Source: the human T2T-CHM13v2.0 reference genome, Homo sapiens
Strand: one strand, 5' to 3'
Assembly: GCF_009914755.1 (NCBI RefSeq)
Contig: NC_060939.1
Length of the DNA: 64,000 nucleotides
In this document: positions 15,673 through 30,931 of the stretch, piece after piece
How positions within the stretch are numbered: position 1 is the first letter of the stretch
How the letters are laid out: the number at the start of each line of letters is the position of its first letter
Made by a program: the position numbers and the translations under genes
Notes under the pieces: generated by a model
Seen by the model: the letters and a program-made list of their open reading frames with translations, nothing else
Told to the model about the DNA's origin: nothing
The model's database searches: none

Positions 15673-16664
15673 GTGAGTGCTGGCGTGGCGCGGGCGGCGC
15701 GGGGTGGGGCGGCCTTTGTCTGCTGCGGGCCGGGCCTGGATCCCGCGGAGGTCCGCACGTTCCCGCTCAGGGCTGCAGGAGCTGAGCAGGGGCGCCTTCC
15801 CTCCGGGCTCCTGCTCCCCTGCCCTCCCCCAGGTCCGGGCGGCCCCCCTCGCACAGGAGTCCCGGGAACCGCGGGCGCCCCTCCTGCCCTGGGCTGTGGG
15901 GCCCGCGGAGAGCTGGGGGCTCCCGGATCCTACCCCGCCCCCCTTTCCTCGGGTTGAGAGGGGCCCGGGCGCCGTCGGACCTGCAGACCCCGGAAGCTGC
16001 GGACCGGGCCGGGTGGGTGAATGCGCTTTTGCAGGCCCCGGGTCTGGAGCGGGCATGGGGGCAGATCTGTCCCGTGTTGAAGCTTAACGAAGCCACCGGC
16101 CGGCGCTGGGAGGTTAGCGGGGTCTCGGGTCCTGCAGAGGAAAACGCCCAGCTCCGGGAGGGGAGCGGCGGGGAGGGAAGGCGAGTGGTTAGGCGTGTCC
16201 ACTCTGCAGGGCCCAGCAGGGCGAAGGTGTGGGCGACTGGTGCACTTCCACAGGCAGCCGTGGGCAGCATGAGGGGTCAGATTCCGGGAAGGACAGGTAG
16301 AGACGGCTGGCAGGGGCCACGGGGTGAATAGGTGTTGGGGGTGGGGAGGGAATTGGGATGGGCAGTTTGGGCTTGGGAAGCCTCAGGGAGGTGGGGGGTG
16401 AGGTGGGATGGAGAGGAGATGCGGGCGACGGTGGAGGGAGGTGGGGACCCCGAGTGGGGGCACACTAGAAGGGAGGGGATTGAATTCCAGCGCCCAGGGC
16501 CCTCCCTGCGACCGTTTAGCTAGCGAATTGGCAGGTTTGGCAGCCTAAGGCAGGGGATTTATTTCTAAGCCAAACCTGCTCTAATGAGAAAAGCGTGATA
16601 GATGACTCAGATATGGGATCTATCACTGAGGGAAAACATTAAGCAAATAGTAAAGCAAAAAAGA

Positions 16665-16666
<2 letters not shown>

Positions 16667-16710
<44 letters not shown>
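16667..16710 (+). repeat. (TG)22 microsatellite
   Basis: Direct read. Confidence 0.97.
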
Positions 16711-16711
<1 letters not shown>

Positions 16712-18469
16712 CGGGTGGGGGGGTGTTAGTTGTCTTAATTTAGAAAAACGATTTACCTTCAAATTGGATGTGGATAATTGTAAATGAGTCTGATCTCTTC
16801 ATTAAAGCCCGGGGTCCTTTTCTTATAAGCATGTCTTCAGCAGTTAGTTTCTATATTAGAAAGTAATGAAGCTGCTTTGTCTTTAAGAGAGTTCTTTATT
16901 TAGTGCGGCCTCCTCTAGTTCCCTCTGGCCTCCCAGAAGTCCCTAGGAAATCTGATGCTGTGCAGCCTTCCTTGTAGTGTGGGGGACTGCAAATAGGTGG
17001 GACAGTTTGAGGCTGAGGGGAACTGAAGTCTAAACTTGAAGTCTAAACCTGTCCGATGGGTTGAGCTGATCTGAGTGCAGGGCAGGATGGAGGGCTATGG
17101 GGCTGTAGGGTATGAAGTGGCTCATTTCAAGGGAGTATTTTGGGTGAGTACATTTTCCTGATATCTGGAGTTCTTGAGATTAAGCACTAACACTTAGGGT
17201 AACTGTTGACCGTGGAAATTTACATACGTCACCGTCAGCTTACTGGAGTATCCTGATGTGAATGAAATTTTCCTTCATGACTTTGGGTCAGCCCTGTGGA
17301 CCTCAGTTTTTGTTCTGAGGGGTTGTATGGCAAGGGGACGCTGGCGGGAGAGAGCTTCGTTCCTGCATTAAGTGGCCTCAGTGATGCAGTCAGGGTCCCA
17401 TGACTGACCTTTGGAGTTCTTCCATGTCCTTATGGCATTACTGGTGGTTTCTCCTGCCTGCAGTAAGCTTTCCAGCTTACTCTAGACTCCTGTGCTGTGA
17501 GACATGAGCTTGTCAGAGGTAAGGAGCCTGTGTTAATGCAAGTCTCAGGTGAGAAGGGGTGTTGGAATCTGAGGACCCTGTTTTCCTTCCTGTCCCCTCT
17601 TCAGCTCTGTCCAGGCACCACCCGATGGAGGGTTGGCTGAATGTCTCATGTTCATATACCTGACAGCTGGCTTCGGTGCTTTAATATTTATGGAAAGGAC
17701 AGTTATAGAAGTGTGGTCCCTTCAAAGTAGTCCTCTGGGGTGTCTGTGTCCTTATTAGGTTGACTTCTGAAACTTCCTGTGAGAATTCCATCATTAAACT
17801 TTGGCTTTCTCTGGAGGGGTAAATCTTTGTTCTTTGGAGTAGGATTTGAGTTTGACAAGGAGCTGGACAATGCTGTTTGGAGTCAGAGATGCAGTGTGAT
17901 AAGAGAGCTGTGAGTTGGAATTCCACAGCACCTAAAGAGACTCCTAGAAAATGTTGTAGAACAAGTGGCTGGATGGTACTTGGTTGCACATACGGGGTTT
18001 GGGGTCTGTGCAGAAAAATGACCAAATCCAAGCAGCCTCTGAGATTATGACCACATGGGGGCTGTTAAGCTGTGGATCTGAGTCATAGGGTCAGGGAAAG
18101 AGGAAAAATGGCAAGGAGGATGACGTTACTGCCCATGAGCTTATCCTCTGAGTGGGTGGCGACTTCTCATTGTCCTTTTCCCACATCCCCAGGGCAGGAG
18201 TGTTAGGGAAGTCCACCAGCAAAAGGGGGAGGGCACACCCAGGGCCTAGGGGAGGGGGAGAGGGGTGAGGACTGGTCCACATGATTTTTGAGAAATTGCC
18301 TTTGGTCTTGTTGGCTCAGAATGGACCCCACACCTGGAAGGGGGCCACGTGTACAGTTATGCAACCCTTGCCTGCCACCCCCAGTTCTACCGCCCTTGCA
18401 GTGTGCCAGATAGGAGCATTGGGTTTTCAGGTTTGGGAGTGGGTAGGGTTGTGCTGGAGGCTAAATAGA

Positions 18470-20401
18470 CATTATCTCATGTAATCCTCATAGTAATCCT
18501 ATGAGGTAGGGTATCATTAACACCATTGTACAGTTGGGGAAACTGAGGCCCAGAAAGGGTAAGTCACATGCCCAAAGACACACAGCCGGCAAATGGTGGA
18601 GCTGGGCTGTTGTCTGCTTCCAGAACTGGCTTTTTCTGCTGCTCTGGAGGTAGGCACAGGTTTTACCCCTCTTTCTGGAGCCCGGTAAGATGTGCCAAGG
18701 GTCTCCTTAGTAAGTCAGGGAAGACTCATCTGGGGAACCAGAGAAGGGGCAGGCCTGACCTGGGTGACCCAGTGACTAGTGGCCTTCACAGCATAGTCAG
18801 GGCCTTTGCTGAGAGTTCTTCTCTTCCAGAGCCCTGGACTTTATCATGCTGGGGCTTCCAGGAGTTCCCCCTCCACCCTCCAGTTCTGACCAGTGCTCCC
18901 AGCCAGCTGCCCCCTTTCTCCCTTTCTTTCTCTTTGTGGTCCAGAGAATGAATGCCTGCTCCACACACCTTATGCCATTGGGAATCTGACCTTCTCTAGG
19001 CATAGGGAGCTTAATCTGCGGGAAGTGGAGTGAGAAGCATTTCTTGCTGGGAGCCTTGGAGCAGGGAGAGATACTGTCTCTGGGAGGCAGGGGTCCCAAG
19101 TTACCCTAGAGGCAATGCAGGCTCCTAGGAACTGGGGCTGCCTTGTGGGAGACATTGGAATGTGTCCCTGTGGGAATGCTCTGTGCTAGGGGCTATGGCA
19201 GCAGGACGGTAGGAGCTCATGGTACTTGGAACTGTGACCAAGCATCTGCGAAGAGGAAGGGGCCCAGGACCACTAGAATGAGTCAGAGCCAGAGATGGAG
19301 TCGAGTTGTGCATTTGCTACTTTGGAGCTGGGGCACTGATAGGGCTCTAGGTGAAAAGTAGGGATACAGAAGGAGTAATGGTCCCAGAGGCCCAGATGTG
19401 TGGCCTGACAGAGGAGGTCTTGGCCAGGGAGAGTGGGGTAGGGGCAAAGTGTTCGCTCAGTGCAGAGGCCCCATCTAGGAGGCCTTGTCCCCATGCTTGC
19501 GGCAATAATAACAGCAATAATAATAATTATTACTGCAGTTTTGGTACTGGGCACTTTCCTAAGTCCTCTCTCTCTATTGTCTTATTTTATTCTCACAGCA
19601 GCCCTGTGGGGTAGGGATTGTTACCCCCATTTTAGAGATTTGGAATTGGGTCTCAAATAGGTTAAGTCATTTAAACTTGGTCATGTGTTCAGCAAGGCAT
19701 CGGTGTCAGGATTGAAACCCAAGGCTGCTGGCTTCTGAGTTCATGCTGTACCCTGGGCAGGCAAGGCAGCCTGGTGATTCCATTCAATAAGTGAGGAAGA
19801 GAGATAGGAGCATCAGCTGGCTCTTAGTCACTTCTGCTGGTGGCTGATAATTGAGTGTGGGCCCTTGGCCAGCCGGCCACCACTCTGGGTCCAGATTTCC
19901 ATCTGTACAATGGGCCTGGAGCTAGGCGCTGGACCAGGTGTACCGTAAGAGGCCTTCTAGCTCTGAGGACTGGTGGAGATTGCTACACTCCGAGAGGGGT
20001 CTGGTGCTTAGATGGAGAGGGGTCGGCAGAGTTGTTCTGCTAAGCTGAGCCTCTTTCAGGGTAGAAACCAAAGGAATTTGGAGGCAAGGAGGCATTTAGG
20101 CAGATCACATCTGGAGAAAATGCACCCTTCCTTGAGTGCAGTCTGGAAAGGCTTCTGGAAAGGATAGGATTTCCAGATATGTTTAGGTGGGCACCTAGCA
20201 GGACTCAGCAGATATTGAGTGAATGCAGATGTGTGTGCCCTGGGCCTGCCAGTGTCTGACCCGAAATCTGCGCTCTGATGTGGTCTCATGTGCTCTCATC
20301 CCTTTCCTTCCTCTCCCTATTCTCCTTGTTGCCATCCCTTCTTTTGGCTGGACCTCCTCTGGGCCCAATGTAGCTTTCACTTTTTTCAGGGCTCTGTGCC
20401 T

Positions 20402-20444
<43 letters not shown>

Positions 20445-20960
20445 ACATTTCCACATGCATGTATAGGTCAGTTTTGCAGCCCCTGCACATGCCTCTAGTT
20501 CCAGGGAGACCTTAGCCCTGCTTTGCTGGCCAGCCCTGATGACATACTACTGTCCTGACTCACACAGAAATCGCTTGGAGAGGAAGAACTGATTCCTGCT
20601 CTTGGGTGGGATCACGGGACTGGGGAGTGGTGCCCAGTGGACAGCCTTGAACATAAAAGGCCCAAACTGACTCAGATTATCAGGAAAAAGGAAGGCAAAC
20701 AGGGAGGCTGTTCCCAGGGAACTCTAGGGACCCTCCCATCTCTTTTCTGAGGCTGCTGCCCATTTATAGAGCACCTAGTATTAACTAGGTCAGTTTTGAT
20801 AATTTTGCTCATTGAGTCCTATAATCATCCTATGAGGGTAAGGTTTATAATCCCCATTTTACAAATGAGCAAACTGAGGCTCAGAGAGGATATTTTCATA
20901 AAGTTTCATTACTAGGAAGTGACAGAGTCTGGATTTGAACCTGTCTCTCCAACTCCAAAG
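18470..20960 (-). mobile_element. Three MIR fragments (~18470-18620, ~19540-19740, ~20770-20960)
   Basis: CCCATTTTAC/GAGA..AAACTGAGGC(T/C)CAGA-type cores. Confidence 0.7.
20404..20442 (+). repeat. (TG)19 microsatellite
   Basis: Direct read. Confidence 0.97.
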
Positions 20961-21618
20961 TCATCTTCTTAAACACTAGTGCTAACTTCTTCCATGAAGC
21001 TTCTTGTGATTACACCAGCCCAACATGCGATATGGTCACAGCATGGGATGGTGGTCAGGACCCTTTGATGGTTGAGGAGATGAAGACCCAGAAAGGCAAG
21101 GGGTTTGGCCTAGGGAGCCTGGCAAGTGAGTGACAGAGCCTGGTCTAAAGTCCAGGATATCTCTGTTGTTGCTGTTTTCCTTTTTTCGTTAATTGCAAAA
21201 GAATTTACATGTTCATAGTTAAAAACAGAGAAGTGTATCAAGTAGAAAACAGTAGCAAACTCTCACCCTTATTCTGACACTCCAGAGTTGCATTCACTCT
21301 CAGGCATCCAGATCCTTTCCCCATATACAAACATCCATCCATCCATATATCTATCCATCTCTCTATCTAAACACACATGCATTCATTCGTTCACTCATTG
21401 AATCGTGCATTGAGAACCCATTATGTGCCAAGCCATTGCTAGAATTAAGGATGCAATAGTTAAATAAAGCAGATGTGGTTCCTTCTCAGGGAGGTTCTCA
21501 TATATCATGAAGAAAACAGACTGGGTGCAATGAATGACAGGGTCCTTCTTAGAGTGGCAGATCTCTTACCTGGCTTTTCTGTCAAGGTGACCCTCAGAAT
21601 ATGGAGGTGTTACCTTTT

Positions 21619-21932
21619 ATCTTAGTCCATGTTTTACTGCTATAACAGAATACCACAGCCTGGGTAATATATAAAGAAAAAAAGGTTATTTGGCTTGTAG
21701 TTCTGGAGACTGGGAAGTCCAAGGGCATGGTGCTGGCATCTGGCGAGGGCCTTCTTGCTGCATTATCCTATTGTGGAAGGGCATGTGAGCGTGCAGTACA
21801 GACAGTATGGGGGCAGCACTTACGCTTTTATCAGGAGCCCACTTTTCCTGTGATAACAGCATTAATCTCTTCACTTCTTACAGGCCCCACCTCTTAATAC
21901 TGTTACAGTGGCAATTAAATTTCAACATGAGT
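21619..21932 (-). mobile_element. MaLR LTR (MST/MLT1A-like)
   Basis: TCTTAGTCC..GCTATAACAGAATACCACAG.CTGGGTAAT..GGGAAGTCCAAG..AAATTTCAACATGAG. Confidence 0.8.
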
Positions 21933-24900
21933 CTTAAAGCACCCATGTCATCTAGGAAGAAGAAACTGTATTTGCAGCAACACTGTGAGGTAGGAAAGGG
22001 AGTCCTATGTTGTAGGAACTGGAAGCAGCCCACTGTGGTGAGGGGCAAGTAGGAAGAGGTGAGGCTGGGCAGGTGGGCAGGGCCAGGGCAGATGGGGCTC
22101 TGTAGGCTATGGAGGAGCTGCGATCTTATCACAAGGAAAGTGAACAGCCCTATGATTAACTATTGAAGGCAGTGATATAATTTATGCTTTTATATTAATA
22201 GCAATTATTCTGGCTGTTGTATAGAGTATAGATTGGAGAACAGAATTGGGTGGGGGAACTAGAGAAGGTGAACAGACTGGTGAAGAGGCTTTTATAGTTA
22301 TCCAGGCAAGAGATGATGGTGACTTGGAAGACCAGGAAGAGAAGCAGGGGTAGAGAGAAATGGAGATAGTGAAGATATAGCAGACATATTTGAGGAGTCC
22401 TTCAGTTACAGATAATAGAAAACTAGCTCAAGCACATTTAAGAAAAAAAAAAAAGACTTGTTTAAGTACCTAGGCAGTCTATGTGTGCAGCTTGCTTCAG
22501 GAATAGGGGCTTAAATGATGGTTTTAGGGCTCTATATCCTTCTAGCTTCCATCTCTGCCTCTGTTCATTTGTTTGGATCAATTCTTTAGATTGTTGGTAG
22601 CAGACACATTTATTGCTAACAGTCCCAGACCGTATCCTTCTTAGTAATCTCAACAAGAAAGAGTCTTTTTTGATGGCTGCAGCAGCAAGGCTCTGGGGAA
22701 GTCTCTGATTGGGTGTGGCTTGGCTTACAGCTCATTCTCGAACTAATCACTGAGTGGGGGCAGGGCAGGTTTCTCCATGAGCCAGGTCTTGTAACATGCC
22801 CAGGCCCTAGGCTGGGAGGACAGCTCCACCAGTACAGCATGGACTGGGCTCCCTGCAGGAGTGCGGAGCCTTGCTACCAGAAGGGGCCAGCATAGACCAA
22901 GAGAAGGGCACTGTAGAATAAAGGACATGGAGCAAAATAACTGTGTTAAGACTAGCTACCAAAGACGGAGACGATCTGCTCGGCATTGAATTTGCCTCTT
23001 TGTCAAGGAAAGAAGGAGCAGAAGATGTTAAGAAGGAATTGAAGTTTAGGCCATACGGGGAGGTGCTCATCTGTTTTAACTGTATTTGTCTTCTGGCCCC
23101 TGGGATTGCCTGTCCTGGTGTGGGGTGAACTTGGAGACAGAATCTCTGAGAAGCTGTCAGGGATATTTCAGGCCAGTCTAGGGTAGAAGAGGGTTGGACA
23201 CGTGGGTCACAGTATTCCACAGTTTCCTGCTGTGCACAGATTCAATCCGAGTCCCCATCTACGTCCCTCACTACCTCCCTTGCCTCCTCTCCTGAGTCTC
23301 AGCCTCTCCTGGAGTCCCATCTTCCCAGAATATGCTGTGGACATCTCCTCTTCTGTGACTTTTCATGCTGTCCCCTCCGCCAGATAGCCGAGATGTCTCC
23401 TCCTCTGTGCAGTCCTTACTGAGCCTCCCCAGCCCCCAGTGAATGGCTTGACCCTTTCATCCAGGTTTAAGCCTACTGCCTCGTCCATTCCCACAATACC
23501 TTGTATAAATGTGTACCAAAAAACTGGTCATATTCTATTTTAATGATATATTTGTTTCCTAAACCTTTTTTCTATTTTTAATATGAAAATGTGGGATTTT
23601 AAATATGCCATTTAGCAGCTCTGTAATCTTGAGCAAGTTATTAAATCTCTCCATCCCTGAATTTACTCCTCGGTGAAATAGGATAATAATAGTACCTACT
23701 TCACAGAATTGTTGGGAAGCTTAAATGAGTTAATATGTGTAAAAGCATTTAGAACAGAGCCTGGTGCATGGCTTTCAACAAAACTGGCCTATGTTATTAT
23801 TATTTGATAAAAGCAAAATAATATATATAACATGGGTAACTTTTGAAGCATAATAATAAACATACCTCCCAACTTGAGAATGAGAACCCCTGTAGTTGAA
23901 TATTTATATGTACGATTCTTCATCTCCATTCATATTGCATGCATGGCCAATGCCTGGCATGTGGATCATGAATAAGCATTTGTTGAATGAATAAATGAAC
24001 AAATGCCAGAAGACTTGAGACAGGGAAATAACCAGTTTTATGGGGAAGATGGTAGATTATGGGAACAACAGATCGATAATCTTGTTCTTAATCCTTGACA
24101 AAGTCCTGGAACCAATGAGCACTTGAAGAAGAGCCCACTAGTAGGCACTTGCATGGCTTCACTGGGGTTTTGAAAATGCACTTCTTTTCTTGTTCTTCTC
24201 CAGTTGATTGGTCCCCAGCCAGAAGCAGTGAAGCTTCTCATGACAGCCCTGGGGATGAGATGGGTAGATGGGAGCTGGGTAGCAGCACAGGTAGGAACAC
24301 TCCTAACCCCGGTGTACTGAATGGTGGATGGACATTGATCATCCAGGGACAGATGGTGCTGTGGGCTTTCCTATTCCTGTCCTCTCCCTGAGGACCTTGA
24401 TGACACCCAGACACCAGCAGAGAGAGGAGAGTAACCTTTTCAGATGATATTCATTCATTCTTTTTTTAATCCACCAACAAATTATTGAGCATTGTCTATG
24501 CACCAGAACAGTCAAAAGAGTACTTCAAAAGATCACGACAGGGTTACACAGCATTGTAAATATAGTTAATGCTGCCGACTTATACACTTAAACCTGGATA
24601 AAATGGCCAACTTCATGTTATATATATTTTACAACAATGAAAAAAATGTTGTGGCAGTTGGAGGAATGGACTCAGTTTAACTGGGTGAAATGGAATAGTA
24701 ACAAATGAAATATCCTGTAAAACTCCTCCCCATTCTGAACTCCATCAGAAGAGGATGGCAGAGGTGTGGATTAGCAGCAATGAGTGTGAGTGACTTCTGA
24801 TGGTTGGCTACAGATTTGATAGTCTGTTATTTTGGGTTATTTTGGTGAATGGTGTGACATGGCTGCTCAATGGTGACTTCGTCAAGGAAGATCAAATACT

Positions 24901-26067
24901 TGCAGGGCTTTGATAAGGAAGGGGGCAGACTCATTCTGTGTGGTCCAAGGGGTCACATGAGGACTGTTGTGGGCTGTATTGGGAGACAAATTTGGGCTAA
25001 GTATAAGGTAGAGCTTCTCACCGATGAACGCTGTCCAAAAGCAAGTGGATAGCCCATGCAGGCCATGGGTGCCCATCACGGGAGGGCAAACAGAGATTGT
25101 GTGTATGCGGTGGGTGGGGGGAGGGGCAGGGAAAGGTTCCCTGTTCTGATACTTGATCATTAATTTCTGCAGTTTCCCCAGAATTTGTTCTCATGGCATC
25201 ATCTCCCTCAGTGACCCCACCTTTGGTTCTGTCACCACCACTGCACGAATGACTGCCATGTCCCTCTGTTCTGAGCTGCAGCTCAGTGTGTCTGGGAGTC
25301 CATAGGACATTTTGGTGTGGATGATCCATAGTCGAGCTCAGTAGGAACTGATCTTCCCCCTCCACGTGCTTCATCTCCAGGTCTCCTTGTTATGTGTGTC
25401 CATGTTTGCCCATTGCTCAAGCCTTCAGTGCCCTCTTGACACCTTCAGCCCCTCCCTCAATACAAACAGTCCCCAAGCCTGGTCACTTCTACCCTTGACA
25501 TTTGTCCAAAGCTGGGCTCAGGCATCACTCGGTGACTCTGATGAGATAGTCTCCTGTTCGTATTTTGAGATACCTATTTTAGATGTGGTTTCCTTTTGTG
25601 GCTCTGAGCAGTGGCAATGCTCATCGGGTACGGAGACGGGGAAGAGAAGGAGGGAAAGTAAGGGTGGGATGGCTCCTTAGTTAGTTCAGATGCTGTAAGA
25701 AAGGCCCAAAATAGCAATGACTTATGCTGGAAGAGATGTTTATTTCTCACCCATGTGACCATCTGGGTATATCCAGGGCTGATACTACAGTCCCTCAGGG
25801 TTCTTCTGTCTGCTGCTCTGCCGTCCTCAGGGTGTTGCCTTTGGCAGTATGATCGCCACACACACCACATCTATGTTCCAGCCAGTGGGAAGGGGGAGGG
25901 GAAAGGGAGGGGAGGGCATGCTTCTCTCTTTCAGGGCATGACCCAGAAGCTGTACACATCAGTGTACACATTGCATGGCCACACTCAGCTGCAAGTAAGG
26001 CTGGGATCTGCAGTCGTTAGCTGAGTGGCCGTGTGCCTAACTAAAAATGCTATGGAAGAAGGGGAGA

Positions 26068-26235
26068 GCTGGGTGTGCTGGCAGCACCTGTAGTCCCTGT
26101 TACTCGGGAGGCTGAGGCAGGAGGATCACTTGAGCCCAGGAGTTACAAGGGTGCAGTGGGTTCTGATTGCACCACTGAACTATGATGGTACCACTCCAGC
26201 CTGGGTGACAGAGCGGGACCCTGTCTCTTAAAAAG
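26068..26235 (+). mobile_element. Alu right monomer (FRAM/AluJ-like) within older MLT1-like sequence
   Basis: CCTGTAGTCCC..GGAGGATCACTTGAGCCCAGG..CCTGTCTCTTAAAAA. Confidence 0.82.
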
Positions 26236-28673
26236 GGAGAAAATGGGTGTAAGTGGACAACAACTAGCAGTTTCTGCCACAGTCACTTTGTGCATTTCAG
26301 TGGGAACTGTGTGGCTGTGAACTGGTTAAGCCTTAAGGATATAGTCCCTGAAAGCTTCAAGTACTGATAAAGTTCCACTAGCATCCACAAAGCTTTTCTT
26401 TTATAGGTAGGAACACTGAGCTCAGAGAAGTTGCCTAGTTAAGATTGCATAACAAAGTGTCAGAGCTGGGACCAGAACCCCACACTTTGGGCTCATTTTC
26501 TAGAATTCCAGGGTGATCTGGCTGAGGGGCAGACAGGCAGTGTCAGGAGGACGGGTCTCTGGAGTTCAGGAAAGGGTTACCTTTCCCAGCGCGGCTACCT
26601 GGGGAGCTGCTCATGACTTTTCAGGGATCATCTCTGGGGTTATCATGCCTCTGAGGTGCCTCCAATTCGCCCTGACCATATCATAAATAGTATACTATAC
26701 CAAACTGCAGTGATCTAACTGCATGTCCCCCTTCCCTATTAGAATCTGCTCCTTGAGGACAGACGTGTACCTTAGTTATCTCTCTGCCCCTAGTACGTCC
26801 CTACCAGGAACTCCGTAAGTAGTGAAATGAATTACTAAAGACATGAATGCATGTGGATTCAAGGACTCCTTCGGTTGCAGACAATAGAAACTTAGTTCAA
26901 ACTGGTTTAAGGGAAAAAAAATGATTGGCTCAAATATCTGGGCGGTCTAGGTCTGCAGCTTGCTTCAGGCATAGCTGGATCCAGGGACTTGTCTGACATT
27001 TTCAGAACTTTGTGTCTTTCTGACCCTTTTTGTCCCTTTGTGGGAAGTGTTGCCCAAGGAGCCCCTGCGGGGATTGGGAGGAAGTAGGGGGTTAGGAGGA
27101 AGTGGAGTGATGTGGGTGATTATGGTGGGGGGCAAGGAGACCCTCTTGGGCATCCCCAGGCCCAGGGCATTTTGGCCCTGAGCCCAGGTGCAGTCTGGAT
27201 TTGTTGTAGCTTTCTGAGGGCACATCTTGGGTCATCTCTTGGGAGCCTCCCTGTGGCCCTGCTTCTGCAGGGTTGGATGCCCTTGCTGTACCTTAGGCTG
27301 AGGACAGCCTGACCCCTCTCTCCTGCTGCTCTGTGAAAGCCGAAGGTGCTCTGTGGTTTTGGGATAGAGCAGGAAGGAGAAGGACGAGGAGTGGGCACTG
27401 GCAGGTGACTCACCGGGACGGGTGGCACATGCTGACTCCAGGGCAGGTCCCGGCTGGGGATGAGATTCCCCTTTGTGGAAAACATGGGTGGAGGGGGTGG
27501 TACGCAGGCAGCATGAGGCCTGCGTGGCTCCACGTGGCTCTGGGTCCCGGGCCGACCAGCTCTGTGTTCACAGGACACTCTCCCATTCTCCAGGGAGCAC
27601 TTCCTTTCTGAGCTCTGTCTCTTTCTCCTGTCCTCAGCTCCTCCAGGCCCAGCTGTCAGCGTAGGGGTCTCTGGGTGCCGTGGACTCTTCTGGTCTCTTT
27701 GCTTCTGGGCTGTCAAACTGCTTCTCTCCAGGGCAGGTTTCCAGGATCCAGAGTCTAGGAAAGGAATGAAAGGGAGCAAGTCCAGGGCGCAGCCCTGGAA
27801 GTCCCTCATCTTCCCTCTGGAGGGAAGCGCAGCTCGGCCCTGGGAGAGCCTGGGTAGGTCTGATCAGGGGAGGTGCCCTCTGCTCCCTGTACCTGCCCAG
27901 AGTGGCAGGAATTAGCCTGATATATGAAGGAGACAATTATATGAAGAGTCTTGAGTACCAGGCAGAGGAATGGGGTCTGACTTCTATAGTGAATGGGGAG
28001 CCATGGGAAGTTCTTGAGCAGGGGAGGGACATGAGCAGATTCCTGTCTTAGGTCCTAAGAGAAGGCACCTTAGAGAATGGGGCTGGCAGGGAAAGAGAGG
28101 AGCAAGCAGGGCCAGTGAGGGGGGTGATGGGTCAGGGTGGGAGATGGAAGCTTGAGAAGCAGTGTGGAGAGTGAGGGAGGCGGCCCAGGAAGAACCCACA
28201 GGCCTTGGTTCTGTCTGGGGTTAAAGAGAGGCAGGGAGATGTGGAATCTGGGCGTTCGTTCATCCTTAGCCCTGGTGCTTCCCGCAGGGGTTGGGCAGGT
28301 CCTGCAGGCAGCTGCCTGCTGGATCTTCCTGTGGGCCTCAGGGTGGCCCTTGTGGGGCAGGATGTGGTGCCTGCCAAAGGTGCTTTATGAATGGAGCCGG
28401 GGAAGGCTGCTGACTCAGCAGGCAGTAAGGCTTTGAGGCCGGAAGCGTCTGGAAAGGAAGTGGCTGCTCAGGGCTTCCCCACTGTAGACAGCTGGGAGAG
28501 AAGGGGGGCTGGCCAGGATGCACATGGTTTGGCTGAGGGACTCCCTTGGCCCAGCTGCTGGGGGTGTGTGTGTGTAGGAGTGGAGGGTGGCGGGGGGCGG
28601 GTGTGCCTGGCTGGGATTGGAAGGATTGAGGCTGGGCGCCTGGAATGGAATTGAGGCTAGCAGCTGTTGATGA

Positions 28674-29079
<406 letters not shown>

Positions 29080-29555
29080 ATGGGCTTTAATTTTTTAAAG
29101 TCCTGCAAAAATAGGACCAAGTGTTACAGCCTATCTCCCAGGGTATTAGGAGGACGTGAAATCATTTCTATTCTTGTTGATCAGTGTTGGTTGGCATAGA
29201 TGTGGCTTGATCAGGACATGGCACAAATGTTTAGGCAGCAGCTGTGGGACTCAGGGACAAGGTGTGTGCAGCCTGGAGGGTGGCTGGGATTGGGAGCAGG
29301 GCTGGATTTAGGGATGTCTGCCCTTCTCATCCCCAGCTCAGGCCTGACCTGCAGCCACAGACTTGCCTCTTACTCAGTCCTGACTCCAGCCTTGAGGTCA
29401 TCCCCAAGTCCTTGCCTCTTCCACTTCTGATCTGTCTTGGTCACTCAATACAGATGTGTTAAGCTAGCAAATGTTCTCTCTCTGCATTCCCACACTCATA
29501 CACCTAGTCGCCTCCTAAAACTCTGTCCTAGAAGCTTCTTTGCAAATACTGCTGA

Positions 29556-30075
<520 letters not shown>

Positions 30076-30798
30076 GAAATAGCCTCTTAACTGGCCTCTC
30101 CCTTGCCCTGATACAATCCAGTCTATGCTGAGGAGCTAGAGTGGGTTTTAAACATTGTTACCTAGATTATGTGTGATTAAAATGCTCCCCAGTGATTCCC
30201 ATTACTCATAGAAAAACCCAAATTCCTCACTGGTCTCTCAAAGCCCTGCTTGATCTGGCTGAAACATACCCTCCCATCAGATAGCGGGTGGAGGTGCTGT
30301 CAGATTAATCTTCATGAAGCTCAGCTCTGACCGTGTATTTCCCTTATTCAGGAAGCTTCAGTGGCTCTCAACTGCCTTTAGGATACATTTCACACCTGTC
30401 AGCCCATCTCTAAGTCTGGCCCCCACAGGAGCTCCTGCTCTGCCCTACCAGCTACTGTCTGCCAAATTGATCTGCACACATCCTAGCCCCAGAGCAAGCC
30501 AACCTTGCCTTCACTTGCCGCCTTGCCTCCTCTTCCTTATATTTGGATACTAACATCTTAGCTGAAAGGGTGGATCCCAGCTGCCCCCTACCCCATCTTC
30601 CCTGTCAGGCCTCCCCAGGGACTCCCTGCCAAGCATCTGTCACCAAGATTCCTCAGCAGGGGGCCCGGTGGGATATGGGAATGAGGACCTCCCAGTGGGC
30701 AGTTGCAGCCTTCCCCACTCTGGTCCAGGAGAGATGAGGCAAGAGATGGTCTGGGGAGAACCTTTGGAGACAAAGGCCTTGCGTCCTCTTTCTCCCAG

Positions 30799-30852
30799 GC
30801 AGGGGCAGCCTTCCACCACGGGGAGCCCAGCTGTCAGCCGCCTCACAGGAAG
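30799..30852 (+). other. CD276: CD276 exon 2, 5' UTR portion
   Basis: Acceptor tcctctttctcccag|GCAG at 30798/30799. Confidence 0.88.
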
Positions 30853-30931
30853 ATGCTGCGTCGGCGGGGCAGCCCTGGCATGGGTGTGCATGTGGGTGCA
30901 GCCCTGGGAGCACTGTGGTTCTGCCTCACAG
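30853..30931 (+). CDS. CD276: CD276 exon 2 coding part: signal peptide MLRRRGSPGMGVHVGAALGALWFCLT(G)
   Basis: aagATG at 30853; donor CAG|GTGAGG; 79 nt, phase 1. Confidence 0.97.

Larger units (their letters stand above)
15330..16330. promoter_or_regulatory. CD276: CpG island promoter of CD276
   Basis: Very GC- and CpG-rich stretch around exon 1; tandem GC boxes at 15398-15424; CCAAT at 15488-15492. Confidence 0.93.

Noticed and set aside
15200-16331. Many overlapping 100-185 aa ORFs on both strands
   Set aside because: Stop-codon scarcity in a CpG island; low-complexity G/P/R/A sequence with no domain.
27120-27809. 229-aa minus-strand ORF in intron 1
   Set aside because: No recognisable domain or exon structure; consistent with chance in GC-rich DNA.
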